Assembly: GCA_040954595.2 (NCBI GenBank)
Contig: CM082595.2
Coordinates: 4,800,137 to 4,864,136, forward strand
DNA length: 64,000 nucleotides
Reading direction: 5' to 3'
From: Balanoglossus misakiensis
Lineage: Eukaryota; Animalia; Hemichordata
The position numbers and the translations under genes were made by a program. Below are positions 51,001 to 64,000 of the stretch, one piece after another. Under the pieces are notes generated by a model. The model was not told the DNA's origin. It saw nothing but the letters and a program-made list of their open reading frames with translations, and did not search any database. Position 1 is the stretch's first letter, and every line of letters starts with the position of its first letter.

Positions 51001-54000
51001 TGTAGTGGCTGGGACAGTAGTCGTTTCACCTACAGTTGTGTCTTGGGTTGATGGCGCATCAGTGGTTTCAGCGACTGTCGTTGTGGCTGCAGTAGAAAAC
51101 CCTGTAGTGGCTGGGACAGTAGTCGTTGCACCTACAGTTGTGTCTTGGGTTGATGGAGCATCAGTGGTTTCAGCGACTGTCGTTGTGGCTGCAGTAGAAA
51201 ACCCTGTAGTGGCTGGGACAGTAGTCGTTGCACCTACAGTTGTGTCTTGGGTTGATGGAGCATCAGTGGTTTCAGCGACTGTCGTTGTGGCTGCAGTAGA
51301 AAACCCTGTAGTGGCTGGGACAGTAGTCGTTGCACCTACAGTTGTGTCTCGGGTTGATGGAGCATCAGTGGTTTCAGCGACTGTCGTTGTGGCTGCAGTA
51401 GAAAACCCTGTAGTGGCTGGGACAGTAGTCGTTGCACCTACAGTTGTGTCTCGGGTTGATGGAGCATCAGTGGTTTCAGCGACTGTCGTTGTGGCTGCAG
51501 TAGAAAACCCTGTAGTGGCTGGGACAGTAGTCGTTGCACCTACAGTTGTGTCTCGGGTTGATGGAGCATCAGTGGTTTCAGCGACTGTCGTTGTGGCTGC
51601 AGTAGAAAACCCTGTAGTGGCTGGGACAGTAGTCGTTGCACCTACAGTTGTGTCTCGGGTTGATGGAGCATCAGTGGTTTCAGCGACTGTCGTTGTGGCT
51701 GCAGTAGAAAACCCTGTAGTGGCTGGGACAGTAGTCGTTGCACCTACAGTTGTGTCTCGGGTTGATGGAGCATCAGTGGTTTCAGCGACTGTCGTTGTGG
51801 CTGCAGTAGAAAACCCTGTAGTGGCTGGGACAGTAGTCGTTGCACCTACAGTTGTGTCTCGGGTTGATGGAGCATCAGTGGTTTCAGCGACTGTTGTTTT
51901 GGCTGCAGTAGAAAACCCTGTAGTGGCTGGGACAGTAGTCGTTGCATCTACAGTTGTGTCTCGGGTTGATGGAGCATCAGTGGTTTCAGCGACTGTTGTT
52001 GTGGCTGCTGTAGAAAACCCTGTAGTGGCTGGGACAGTAGTCGTTGCACCTACAGTTGTGTCTTGGGTTGATGGAGCATCAGTGGTTTCAGCGACTGTCG
52101 TTGTGGCTGCAGTAGAAAACCCTGTAGTGGCTGGGACAGTAGTCGTTGCACCTACAGTTGTGTCTCGGGTTGATGGAGCATCAGTGGTTTCAGCGACTGT
52201 CGTTGTGGCTGCAGTAGAAAACCCTGTAGTTGCTGGGACAGTAGTCGTTGCACCTACAGTTGTGTCTCGGGTTGATGGAGCATCAGTGGTTTCAGCGACT
52301 GTCGTTGTGGCTGCAGTAGAAAACCCTGTAGTGGCTGGGACAGTAGTCGTTGCACCTACAGTTGTGTCTCGGGTTGATGGAGCATCAGTGGTTTCAGCGA
52401 CTGTCGTTGTGGCTGCAGTAGAAAACCCTGTAGTGGCTGGGACAGTAGTCGTTGCACCTACAGTTGTGTCTCGGGTTGATGGAGCATCAGTGGTTTCAGC
52501 GACTGTCGTTGTGGCTGCAGTAGAAAACCCTGTAGTGGCTGGGACAGTAGTCGTTGCACCTACAGTTGTGTCTCGGGTTGATGGAGCATCAGTGGTTTCA
52601 GCGACTGTTGTTGTGGCTGCAGTAGAAAACCCTGTAGTGGCTGGGACAGTAGTCGTTGCATCTACAGTTGTGTCTCGGGTTGATGGAGCATCAGTGGTTT
52701 CAGCGACTGTTGTTGTGGCTGCAGTAGAAAACCCTGTAGTGGCTGGGACAGTAGTCGTTGCACCTACAGTTGTGTCTTGGGTTGATGGAGCATCAGTGGT
52801 TTCAGCGACTGTTGTTGTGGCTGCTGTAGAAAACCCTGTAGTGGCTGGGACAGTAGTCGTTGCACCTACAGTTGTGTCTTGGGTTGATGGGGCATCAGTG
52901 GTTTCAGCGACTGTTGTTGTGGCTGCAGTAGAAAACCCTGTAGTTGCTGGGACAGTAGTCGTCGCACCTACAGTTGTGTCTTGGGTTGATGGGGCATCAG
53001 TGGTTTCAGCGACTGTTGTTGTGGCTGCAGTAGAAAACCCTGTAGTGGCTGGGACAGTAGTCGTCGCACCTACAGTTGTGTCTTGGGTTGATGGGGCATC
53101 AGTGGTTTCAGCGACTGTTGTTGTGGCTGCAGTAGAAAACCCTGTAGTGGCTGGGACAGTAGTCGTCGCACCTACAGTTGTGTCTTGGGTTGATGGGGCA
53201 TCAGTGGTTTCAGCGACTGTTGTTGTGGCTGCAGTAGTAAACCCTGTAGTGGCTGGGACAGTAGTCGTCGCACCTACAGTTGTGTCTTGGGTTGATGGGG
53301 CATCAGTGGTTTCAGCGACTGTTGTTGTGGCTGCAGTAGAAAACCCTGTAGTGGCTGGGACAGTAGTCGTCGCACCTACAGTTGTGTCTTGGGTTGATGG
53401 AGCATCAGTGGTTTCAGCGACTGTCGTTGTGGCTGCAGTAGAAAACCCTGTAGTGGCTGGGACAGTAGTCGTCGCACCTACAGTTGTTTCTTGGGTTGAT
53501 GGAACATCAGTGGTTTCAGCGACTGTCGTTGTGGCTGCAGTAGAAAACCCTGTAGTGGCTGGGACAGTAGTCGTTGCACCTACAGTTGTGTCTCGGGTTG
53601 ATGGAGCATCAGTGGTTTCAGCGACTGTCGTTGTGGCTGCAGTAGAAAACCCTGTAGTGGCTGGGACAGTAGTCGTTGCACCTACAGTTGTGTCTCGGGT
53701 TGATGGAGCATCAGTGGTTTCAGCGACTGTCGTTGTGGCTGCAGTAGAAAACCCTGTAGTGGCTGGGACAGTAGTCGTTGCACCTACAGTTGTGTCTCGG
53801 GTTGATGGAGCATCAGTGGTTTCAGCGACTGTCGTTGTGGCTGCAGTAGAAAACCCTGTAGTGGCTGGGACAGTAGTCGTTGCACCTACAGTTGTGTCTC
53901 GGGTTGATGGGGCATCAGTGGTTTCAGCGACTGTCGTTGTGGCTGCAGTAGAAAACCCTGTAGTGGCTGGGACAGTAGTCGTTGCACCTACAGTTGTGTC

Positions 54001-57000
54001 TCGGGTTGATGGGGCATCAGTGGTTTCAGCGACTGTTGTTGTGGCTGCTGTAGAAAATCCTGTAGTGGCTGGGACAGTAGTCGTTGCACCTACAGTTGTG
54101 TCTTGGGTTGATGGAGCATCAGTGGTTTCAGCGACTGTTGTTGTGGCTGCTGTAGAAAACCCTGTAGTGGCTGGGACAGTAGTCGTTGCACCTACAGTTG
54201 TGTCTTGGGTTGATGGAGCATCAGTGGTTTCAGCGACTGTTGTTGCGGCTGCAGTAGAAAACCCTGTAGTGGCTGGGACAGTAGTCGTCGCACCTACAGT
54301 TGTGTCTTGGGTTGATGGGGAATCAGTGGTTTCAGCGACTGTTGTTGCGGCTGCAGTAGAAAACCCTGTAGTGGCTGGGACAGTAGTCGTTGCACCTACA
54401 GTTGTGTCTTGGGTTGATGGAGCATCAGTGGTTTCAGCGACTGTCGTTGTGGCTGCAGTAGAAAACCCTGTAGTGGCTGGGACAGTAGTCGTCGCACCTA
54501 CAGTTGTGTCTTGGGTTGATGGGGCATCAGTGGTTTCAGCGACTGTTGTTGTGGCTGCAGTAGAAAACCCTGTAGTGGCTGGGACAGTAGTCGTCGCACC
54601 TACAGTTGTGTCTTGGGTTGATGGAGCATCAGTGGTTTCAGCGACTGTCGTTGTGGCTGCAGTAGAAAACCCTGTAGTGGCTGGGACAGTAGTCGTTGCA
54701 CCTACAGTTGTGTCTTGGGTTGATGGGGCATCAGTGGTTTCAGCGACTGTTGTTGTGGCTGCAGTAGAAAACCCTGTAGTGGCTGGGACAGTAGTCGTTG
54801 CACCTACAGTTGTGTCTCGGGTTGATGGAGCATCAGTGGTTTCAGCGACTGTCGTTGTGGCTGCAGTAGAAAACCCTGTAGTGGCTGGGACAGTAGTCGT
54901 TGCACCTACAGTTGTGTCTCGGGTTGATGGAGCATCAGTGGTTTCAGCGACTGTCGTTGTGGCTGCAGTAGAAAACCCTGTAGTGGCTGGGACAGTAGTC
55001 GTTGCACCTACAGTTGTGTCTCGGGTTGATGGAGCATCAGTGGTTTCAGCGACTGTCGTTGTGGCTGCAGTAGAAAACCCTGTAGTGGCTGGGACAGTAG
55101 TCGTTGCACCTACAGTTGTGTCTCGGGTTGATGGAGCATCAGTGGTTTCAGCGACTGTCGTTGTGGCTGCAGTAGAAAACCCTGTAGTGGCTGGGACAGT
55201 AGTCGTTGCACCTACAGTTGTGTCTCGGGTTGATGGAGCATCAGTGGTTTCAGCGACTGTTGTTGTGGCTGCATTAGAAAACCCTGTAGTGGCTGGGACA
55301 GTAGTCGTTGCACCTACAGTTGTGTCTCGGGTTGATGGAGCATCAGTGGTTTCAGCGACTGTTGTTGTGGCTGCTGTAGAAAACCCTGTAGTGGCTGGGA
55401 CAGTAGTCGTTGCACCTACAGTTGTGTCTTGGGTTGATGGAGCATCAGTGGTTTCAGCGACTGTTGTTGTGGCTGCAGTAGAAAACCCTGTAGTGGCTGG
55501 GACAGTAGTCGTTGCACCTACAGTTGTGTCTTGGGTTGATGGAGCATCAGTGGTTTCAGCGACTGTTGTTGTGGCTGCAGTAGAAAACCCTGTAGTGGCT
55601 GGGACAGTAGTCGTTGCACCTACAGTTGTGTCTTGGGTTGATGGAGCATCAGTGGTTTCAGCGACTGTCGTTGTGGCTGCAGTAGAAAACCCTGTAGTGG
55701 CTGGGACAGTAGTCGTTGCACCTACAGTTGTGTCTCGGGTTGAGGGAGCATCAGTGGTTTCAGCGACTGTTGTTGTGGCTGCAGTAGAAAACCCTGTAGT
55801 GGCTGGGACAGTAGTCGTTGCACCTACAGTTGTGTCTTGGGTTGATGGAGCATCAGTGGTTTCAGCGACTGTTGTTGTGGCTGCAGTAGAAAACCCTGTA
55901 ATGGCTGGGACAGTAGTCGTTGCACCTACAGTTGTGTCTTGGGTTGATGGAGCATCAGTGGTTTCAGCGACTGTTGTTGTGGCTGCAGTAGAAAACCCTG
56001 TAGTGGCTGGGACAGTAGTCGTTGCACCTACAGTTGTGTCTTGGGTTGATGGAGCATCAGTGGTTTCAGCGACTGTCGTTGTGGCTGCAGTAGAAAACCC
56101 TGTAGTGGCTGGGACAGTAGTCGTCGCACCTACAGTTGTGTCTTGGGTTGATGGGGCATCAGTGGTTTCAGCGACTGTTGTTGTGGCTGCAGTAGAAAAC
56201 CCTGTAGTGGCTGGGACAGTAGTCGTCGCACCTACAGTTGTGTCTTGGGTTGATGGAGCATCAGTGGTTTCAGCGACTGTCGTTGTGGCTGCAGTAGAAA
56301 ACCCTGTAGTGGCTGGGACAGTAGTCGTTGCACCTACAGTTGTGTCTTGGGTTGATGGGGCATCAGTGGTTTCAGCGACTGTTGTTGTGGCTGCAGTAGA
56401 AAACCCTGTAGTGGCTGGGACAGTAGTCGTTGCACCTACAGTTGTGTCTCGGGTTGATGGAGCATCAGTGGTTTCAGCGACTGTCGTTGTGGCTGCAGTA
56501 GAAAACCCTGTAGTGGCTGGGACAGTAGTCGTTGCACCTACAGTTGTGTCTCGGGTTGATGGAGCATCAGTGGTTTCAGCGACTGTCGTTGTGGCTGCAG
56601 TAGAAAACCCTGTAGTGGCTGGGACAGTAGTCGTTGCACCTACAGTTGTGTCTCGGGTTGATGGAGCATCAGTGGTTTCAGCGACTGTCGTTGTGGCTGC
56701 AGTAGAAAACCCTGTAGTGGCTGGGACAGTAGTCGTTGCACCTACAGTTGTGTCTCGGGTTGATGGAGCATCAGTGGTTTCAGCGACTGTCGTTGTGGCT
56801 GCAGTAGAAAACCCTGTAGTGGCTGGGACAGTAGTCGTTGCACCTACAGTTGTGTCTCGGGTTGATGGAGCATCAGTGGTTTCAGCGACTGTTGTTGTGG
56901 CTGCATTAGAAAACCCTGTAGTGGCTGGGACAGTAGTCGTTGCACCTACAGTTGTGTCTCGGGTTGATGGAGCATCAGTGGTTTCAGCGACTGTTGTTGT

Positions 57001-60000
57001 GGCTGCTGTAGAAAACCCTGTAGTGGCTGGGACAGTAGTCGTTGCACCTACAGTTGTGTCTTGGGTTGATGGAGCATCAGTGGTTTCAGCGACTGTTGTT
57101 GTGGCTGCAGTAGAAAACCCTGTAGTGGCTGGGACAGTAGTCGTTGCACCTACAGTTGTGTCTTGGGTTGATGGAGCATCAGTGGTTTCAGCGACTGTTG
57201 TTGTGGCTGCAGTAGAAAACGCTGTAGTGGCTGGGACAGTAGTCGTTGCACCTACAGTTGTGTCTTGGGTTGATGGAGCATCAGTGGTTTCAGCGACTGT
57301 CGTTGTGGCTGCAGTAGAAAACCCTGTAGTGGCTGGGACAGTAGTCGTTGCACCTACAGTTGTGTCTCGGGTTGAGGGAGCATCAGTGGTTTCAGCGACT
57401 GTCGTTGTGGCTGCAGAAGAAAACCCTGTAGTGGCTGGGACAGTAGTCGTTGCACCTACAGTTGTGTCTTGGGTTGATGGCGCATCAGTGGTTTCAGCGA
57501 CTGTCGTTGTGGCTGCAGTAGAAAACCCTGTAGTGGCTGGGACAGTAGTCGTTGCACCTACAGTTGTGTCTCGGGTTGATGGAGCATCAGTGGTTTCAGC
57601 GACTGTCGTTGTGGCTGCAGTAGAAAACCCTGTAGTGGCTGGGACAGTAGTCGTTTCACCTACAGTTGTGTCTCGGGTTGATGGCGCATCAGTGGTTTCA
57701 GCGACTGTCGTTGTGGCTGCAGTAGAAAACCCTGTAGTGGCTGGGACAGTAGTCGTTGCACCTACAGTTGTGTCTTGGGTTGATGGAGCATCAGTGGTTT
57801 CAGCGACTGTCGTTGTGGCTGCAGTAGAAAACCCTGTAGTGGCTGGGACAGTAGTCGTTGCACCTACAGTTGTGTCTTGGGTTGATGGAGCATCAGTGGT
57901 TTCAGCGACTGTCGTTGTGGCTGCAGTAGAAAACCCTGTAGTGGCTGGGACAGTAGTCGTTGCACCTACAGTTGTGTCTCGGGTTGATGGAGCATCAGTG
58001 GTTTCAGCGACTGTCGTTGTGGCTGCAGTAGAAAACCCTGTAGTGGCTGGGACAGTAGTCGTTGCACCTACAGTTGTGTCTCGGGTTGATGGAGCATCAG
58101 TGGTTTCAGCGACTGTCGTTGTGGCTGCAGTAGAAAACCCTGTAGTGGCTGGGACAGTAGTCGTTGCACCTACAGTTGTGTCTCGGGTTGATGGAGCATC
58201 AGTGGTTTCAGCGACTGTCGTTGTGGCTGCAGTAGAAAACCCTGTAGTGGCTGGGACAGTAGTCGTTGCACCTACAGTTGTGTCTCGGGTTGATGGAGCA
58301 TCAGTGGTTTCAGCGACTGTCGTTGTGGCTGCAGTAGAAAACCCTGTAGTGGCTGGGACAGTAGTCGTTGCACCTACAGTTGTGTCTCGGGTTGATGGAG
58401 CATCAGTGGTTTCAGCGACTGTCGTTGTGGCTGCAGTAGAAAACCCTGTAGTGGCTGGGACAGTAGTCGTTGCACCTACAGTTGTGTCTCGGGTTGATGG
58501 AGCATCAGTGGTTTCAGCGACTGTCGTTGTGGCTGCAGTAGAAAACCCTGTAGTGGCTGGGACAGTAGTCGTTGCACCTACAGTTGTGTCTCGGGTTGAT
58601 GGAGCATCAGTGGTTTCAGCGACTGTTGTTGTGGCTGCAGTAGAAAACCCTGTAGTGGCTGGGACAGTAGTCGTTGCACCTACAGTTGTGTCTCGGGTTG
58701 ATGGAGCATCAGTGGTTTCAGCGACTGTTGTTGTGGCTGCTGTAGAAAACCCTGTAGTGGCTGGGACAGTAGTCGTTGCACCTACAGTTGTGTCTTGGGT
58801 TGATGGAGCATCAGTGGTTTCAGCGACTGTCGTTGTGGCTGCAGTAGAAAACCCTGTAGTGGCTGGGACAGTAGTCGTTGCACCTACAGTTGTGTCTCGG
58901 GTTGAGGGAGTATCAGTGGTTTCAGCGACTGTCGTTGTGGCTGCAGTAGAAAACCCTGTAGTGGCTGGGACAGTAGTCGTTGCACCTACAGTTGTGTCTC
59001 GGGTTGAGGGAGCATCAGTGGTTTCAGCGACTGTCGTTGTGGCTGCAGTAGAAAACCCTGTAGTGGCTGGGACAGTAGTCGTTGCACCTACAGTTGTGTC
59101 TCGGGTTGAGGGAGCATCAGTGGTTTCAGCGACTGTCGTTGTGGCTGCAGTAGAAAACCCTGTAGTGGCTGGGACAGTAGTCGTTGCACCTACAGTTGTG
59201 TCTCGGGTTGATGGAGCATCAGTGGTTTCAGCGACTGTCGTTGTGGCTGCAGTAGAAAACCCTGTAGTGGCTGGGACAGTAGTCGTTGCACCTACAGTTG
59301 TGTCTCGGGTTGATGGAGCATCAGTGGTTTCAGCGACTGTTGTTGTGGCTGCAGTAGAAAACCCTGTAGTGGCTGGGACAGTAGTCGTCGCACCTACAGT
59401 TGTGTCTTGGGTTGATGGGGCATCAGTGGTTTCAGCGACTGTTGTTGCGGCTGCAGTAGAAAACCCTGTAGTGGCTGGGACAGTAGTCGTCGCACCTACA
59501 GTTGTGTCTTGGGTTGATGGGGCATCAGTGGTTTCAGCGACTGTTGTTGCGGCTGCAGTAGAAAACCCTGTAGTGGCTGGGACAGTAGTCGTCGCACCTA
59601 CAGTTGTGTCTTGGGTTGATGGGGCATCAGTGGTTTCAGCGACTGTTGTTGTGGCTGCAGTAGAAAACCCTGTAGTGGCTGGGACAGTAGTCGTCGCACC
59701 TACAGTTGTGTCTTGGGTTGATGGGGCATCAGTGGTTTCAGCGACTGTTGTTGTGGCTGCTGTAGAAAACCCTGTAGTGGCTGGGACAGTAGTCGTCGCA
59801 CCTACAGTTGTGTCTTGGGTTGATGGGGCATCAGTGGTTTCAGCGACTGTTGTTGTGGCTGCTGTAGAAAACCCTGTAGTGGCTGGGACAGTGGTCGTTG
59901 CACCTACAGTTGTGTCTTGGGTTGATGGGGCATCAGTGGTTTCAGCGACTGTTGTTGTGGCTGCTGTAGAAAACCCTGTAGTGGCTGGGACAGTGGTCGT

Positions 60001-63000
60001 TGCACCTACAGTTGTGTCTTGGGTTGATGGGGCATCAGTGGTTTCAGCGACTGTTGTTGTGGCTGCAGTAGAAAACCCTGTAGTGGCTGGGACAGTAGTC
60101 GTCGCACCTACAGTTGTGTCTTGGGTTGATGGGGCATCAGTGGTTTCAGCGACTGTTGTTGCGGCTGCAGTAGAAAACCCTGTAGTGGCTGGGACAGTAG
60201 TCGTCGCACCTACAGTTGTGTCTTGGGTTGATGGGGCATCAGTGGTTTCAGCGACTGTTGTTGCGGCTGCAGTAGAAAACCCTGTAGTGGCTGGGACAGT
60301 AGTCGTCGCACCTACAGTTGTGTCTTGGGTTGATGGGGCATCAGTGGTTTCAGCGACTGTTGTTGCGGCTGCAGTAGAAAACCCTGTAGTGGCTGGGACA
60401 GTAGTCGTCGCACCTACAGTTGTGTCTTGGGTTGATGGGGCATCAGTGGTTTCAGCGACTGTTGTTGCGGCTGCAGTAGAAAACCCTGTAGTGGCTGGGA
60501 CAGTAGTCGTCGCACCTACAGTTGTGTCTTGGGTTGATGGGGCATCAGTGGTTTCAGCGACTGTTGTTGCGGCTGCAGTAGAAAACCCTGTAGTGGCTGG
60601 GACAGTAGTCGTCGCACCTACAGTTGTGTCTTGGGTTGATGGGGAATCAGTGGTTTCAGCGACTGTTGTTGCGGCTGCAGTAGAAAACCCTGTAGTGGCT
60701 GGGACAGTAGTCGTCGCACCTACAGTTGTGTCTTGGGTTGATGGGGAATCAGTGGTTTCAGCGACTGTTGTTGCGGCTGCAGTAGAAAACCCTGTAGTGG
60801 CTGGGACAGTAGTCGTCGCACCTACAGTTGTGTCTTGGGTTGATGGGGAATCAGTGGTTTCAGCGACTGTTGTTGCGGCTGCAGTAGAAAACCCTGTAGT
60901 GGCTGGGACAGTAGTCGTCGCACCTACAGTTGTGTCTTGGGTTGATGGGGCATCAGTGGTTTCAGCGACTGTTGTTGTGGCTGCAGTAGAAAACCCTGTA
61001 GTGGCTGGGACAGTAGTCGTCGCACCTACAGTTGTGTCTTGGGTTGATGGGGCATCAGTGGTTTCAGCGACTGTTGTTGTGGCTGCAGTAGAAAACCCTG
61101 TAGTGGCTGGGACAGTAGTCGTTGCACCTACAGTTGTGTCTTGGGTTGATGGGGCATCAGTGGTTTCAGCGACTGTTGTTGTGGCTGCTGTAGAAAACCC
61201 TGTAGTGGCTGGGACAGTGGTCGTTGCACCTACAGTTGTGTCTTGGGTTGATGGGGCATCAGTGGTTTCAGCGACTGTTGTTGTGGCTGCTGTAGAAAAC
61301 CCTGTAGTGGCTGGGACAGTGGTCGTTGCACCTACAGTTGTGTCTTGGGTTGATGGGGCATCAGTGGTTTCAGCGACTGTTGTTGTGGCTGCAGTAGAAA
61401 ACCCTGTAGTGGCTGGGACAGTAGTCGTCGCACCTACAGTTGTGTCTTGGGTTGATGGGGCATCAGTGGTTTCAGCGACTGTTGTTGCGGCTGCAGTAGA
61501 AAACCCTGTAGTGGCTGGGACAGTAGTCGTCGCACCTACAGTTGTGTCTTGGGTTGATGGGGCATCAGTGGTTTCAGCGACTGTTGTTGCGGCTGCAGTA
61601 GAAAACCCTGTAGTGGCTGGGACAGTAGTCGTCGCACCTACAGTTGTGTCTCGGGTTGATGGAGCATCAGTGGTTTCAGCGACTGTCGTTGTGGCTGCAG
61701 TAGAAAACCCTGTAGTGGCTGGGACAGTAGTCGTCGCACCTACAGTTGTGTCTTGGGTTGATGGGGCATCAGTGGTTTCAGCGACTGTTGTTGCGGCTGC
61801 AGTAGAAAACCCTGTAGTGGCTGGGACAGTAGTCGTCGCACCTACAGTTGTGTCTTGGGTTGATGGGGCATCAGTGGTTTCAGCGACTGTTGTTGCGGCT
61901 GCAGTAGAAAACCCTGTAGTGGCTGGGACAGTAGTCGTCGCACCTACAGTTGTGTCTTGGGTTGATGGGGCATCAGTGGTTTCAGCGACTGTTGTTGCGG
62001 CTGCAGTAGAAAACCCTGTAGTGGCTGGGACAGTAGTCGTCGCACCTACAGTTGTGTCTTGGGTTGATGGGGCATCAGTGGTTTCAGCGACTGTTGTTGT
62101 GGCTGCAGTAGAAAACCCTGTAGTGGCTGGGACAGTAGTCGTCGCACCTACAGTTGTGTCTTGGGTTGATGGGGCATCAGTGGTTTCAGCGACTGTTGTT
62201 GTGGCTGCAGTAGAAAACCCTGTAGTGGCTGGGACAGTAGTCGTTGCACCTACAGTTGTGTCTTGGGTTGATGGAGCATCAGTGGTTTCAGCGACTGTTG
62301 TTGTGGCTGTAGTAGAAAACCCTGTAGTGGCTGGGACAGTAGTCGTTTCACCTACAGTTGTGTCTTGGGTTGATGGAGCATCAGTGGTTTCAGCGACTGT
62401 CGTTGTGGCTGCAGTAGAAAACCCTGTAGTGGCTGGGACAGTAGTCGTCGCACCTACAGTTGTTTCTTGGGTTGATGGAACATCAGTGGTTTCAGCGACT
62501 GTCGTTGTGGCTCCAGTAGAAAACCCTGTAGTGGCTGGGACAGTAGTCGTTGCACCTACAGTTGTGTCTTGGGTTGATGGAGCATCAGTGGTTTCAGCGA
62601 CTGTCGTTGTGGCTCCAGTAGAAAACCCTGTAGTGGCTGGGACAGTAGTCGTTGCACCTACAGTTGTGTCTTGGGTTGATGGAGCATCAGTGGTTTCAGC
62701 GACTGTTGTTGTGGCTGTAGTAGAAAACCCTGTAGTGGCTGGGACAGTAGTCGTTGCACCTACAGTTGTTTCTTGAGTTGATGGAACATCAGTGGTTTCA
62801 GCGACTGTCGTTGTGGCTCCAGTAGAAAACCCTGTAGTGGCTGGGACAGTAGTCGTTGCACCTACAGTTGTGTCTTGGGTTGATGGGGCATCAGTGGTTT
62901 CAGCGACTGTTGTTGCGGCTGCAGTAGAAAACCCTGTAGTGGCTGGGACAGTAGTCGTCGCACCTACAGTTGTGTCTTGGGTTGATGGGGCATCAGTGGT

Positions 63001-64000
63001 TTCAGCGACTGTTGTTGCGGCTGCAGTAGAAAACCCTGTAGTGGCTGGGACAGTAGTCGTCGCACCTACAGTTGTGTCTTGGGTTGATGGGGCATCAGTG
63101 GTTTCAGCGACTGTTGTTGTGGCTGCAGTAGAAAACCCTGTAGTGGCTGGGACAGTAGTCGTTTCACCTACAGTTGTGTCTTGGGTTGATGGAGCATCAG
63201 TGGTTTCAGCGACTGTCGTTGTGGCTCCAGTAGAAAACCCTGTAGTGGCTGGGACAGTAGTCGTCGCACCTACAGTTGTGTCTTGGGTTGATGGGGCATC
63301 AGTGGTTTCAGCGACTGTTGTTGCGGCTGCAGTAGAAAACCCTGTAGTGGCTGGGACAGTAGTCGTCGCACCTACAGTTGTGTCTTGGGTTGATGGAGCA
63401 TCTGTGGTTTCAGCGACTGTCGTTGTGGCTCCAGTAGAAAACCCTGTAGTGGCTGGGACAGTAGTCGTTGCACCTACAGTTGTGTCTTGGGTTGATGGAG
63501 CATCTGTGGTTTCAGCGACTGTCGTTGTGGCTCCAGTAGAAAACCCTGTAGTGGCTGGGACAGTAGTCGTTTCACCTACAGTTGTGTCTTGGGTTGATGG
63601 AGCATCTGTGGTTTCAGCGACTGTCGTTGTGGCTCCAGTAGAAAACCCTGTAGTGGCTGGGACAGTAGTCGTTGCACCTACAGTTGTGTCTTGGGTTGAT
63701 GGAGCATCAGTGGTCTCAGCGACTGTTGTTGTGGCTCCAGTAGAAAACCCTGTAGTGGCTGGGACAGTAGTCGTTTCACCTACAGTTGTGTCTTGGGTTG
63801 ATGGAGCATCAGTGGTTTCAGCGACTGTCGTTGTGGCTCCAGTAGAAAACCCTGTAGTGGCTGGGACAGTAGTCGTTTCACCTACAGTTGTGTCTTGGGT
63901 TGATGGAGCATCTGTGGTTACAGCGACTGTCGTTGTGGCTCCAGTAGAAAACCCTGTAGTGGCTGGGACAGTAGTCGTGTCACCTACAGTTGTGTCTTGG
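15054..64000 (-). CDS. Transmembrane mucin, giant PTS (Thr/Ser/Pro) tandem-repeat exon, 5' end outside window
   Basis: ORF 15013..46953 (10,646 aa) begins only at an internal GTG; the same frame continues through intact 102-bp units to 64000 with no stop or indel seen. Donor AGTG|gtaatt at 15053, phase 1, matches the EGF exon. Confidence 0.92.
15110..36580 (-). repeat. Coding tandem array A: 168 bp / 56 aa unit, about 128 copies
   Basis: Consensus TSEVASSTLGTVTGSISSTTVGTSTGVTSTAPITTEPPTPGTITTETTTAPPTHVT; identical line register recurs every 840 bp (5 units). Confidence 0.97.
36581..64000 (-). repeat. Coding tandem array B: 102 bp / 34 aa unit, about 265 copies in window, with six 69-bp linker insertions
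   Basis: Consensus TTVGATTTVPATTGFSTAATTTVAETTDAPSTQD; register recurs every 1020 bp. Linker TSQVASTTVEPTT(D/N)FVSS(T/A)VAD near 36990, 38380, 39570, 40660, 43280, 44680. Confidence 0.97.

Noticed and set aside
15059-62776. Huge Val-rich + strand ORFs (6918 aa, 6020 aa and fragments)
   Set aside because: Antisense shadows of ACN-rich Thr repeats. A stop-free unit repeated gives a long ORF automatically, and this frame is broken by TGA at every linker and at several variants while the minus frame never is.
15110-64000. Array as CRISPR, satellite DNA or mobile element
   Set aside because: No unique spacers, terminal repeats or transposase. Unit lengths are multiples of three and the frame splices onto EGF/SEA/TM exons.

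Overview
Eukaryotic (animal, probably invertebrate) genomic window with two convergent, spliced genes. (1) + strand, about 3.0-8.3 kb: the 3' six coding exons of a class C GPCR of the metabotropic glutamate receptor family (Venus flytrap, Cys-rich domain, 7TM, PDZ-ligand C-terminus); its first exon(s) lie upstream of the window. (2) - strand, from beyond 64000 down to 10938: a giant membrane-tethered mucin. One uninterrupted Thr/Ser/Pro-rich exon of at least 48.9 kb (over 16,300 aa, open to the window edge) is built from a 102-bp array and a 168-bp array. It is followed by nine small exons that I spliced by hand at GT-AG sites with consistent phases: EGF, EGF, SEA (FKPG/SVIA cleavage motif), Cys-rich/EGF, TM with six consecutive Cys, and a Tyr/acidic tail with an IQRP motif. 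This matches the vertebrate MUC3/12/17 architecture. The long Val-rich + strand ORFs are antisense shadows of the Thr-rich repeats. Gene models are inferred from sequence alone, and family comparisons are from recall rather than database searches.
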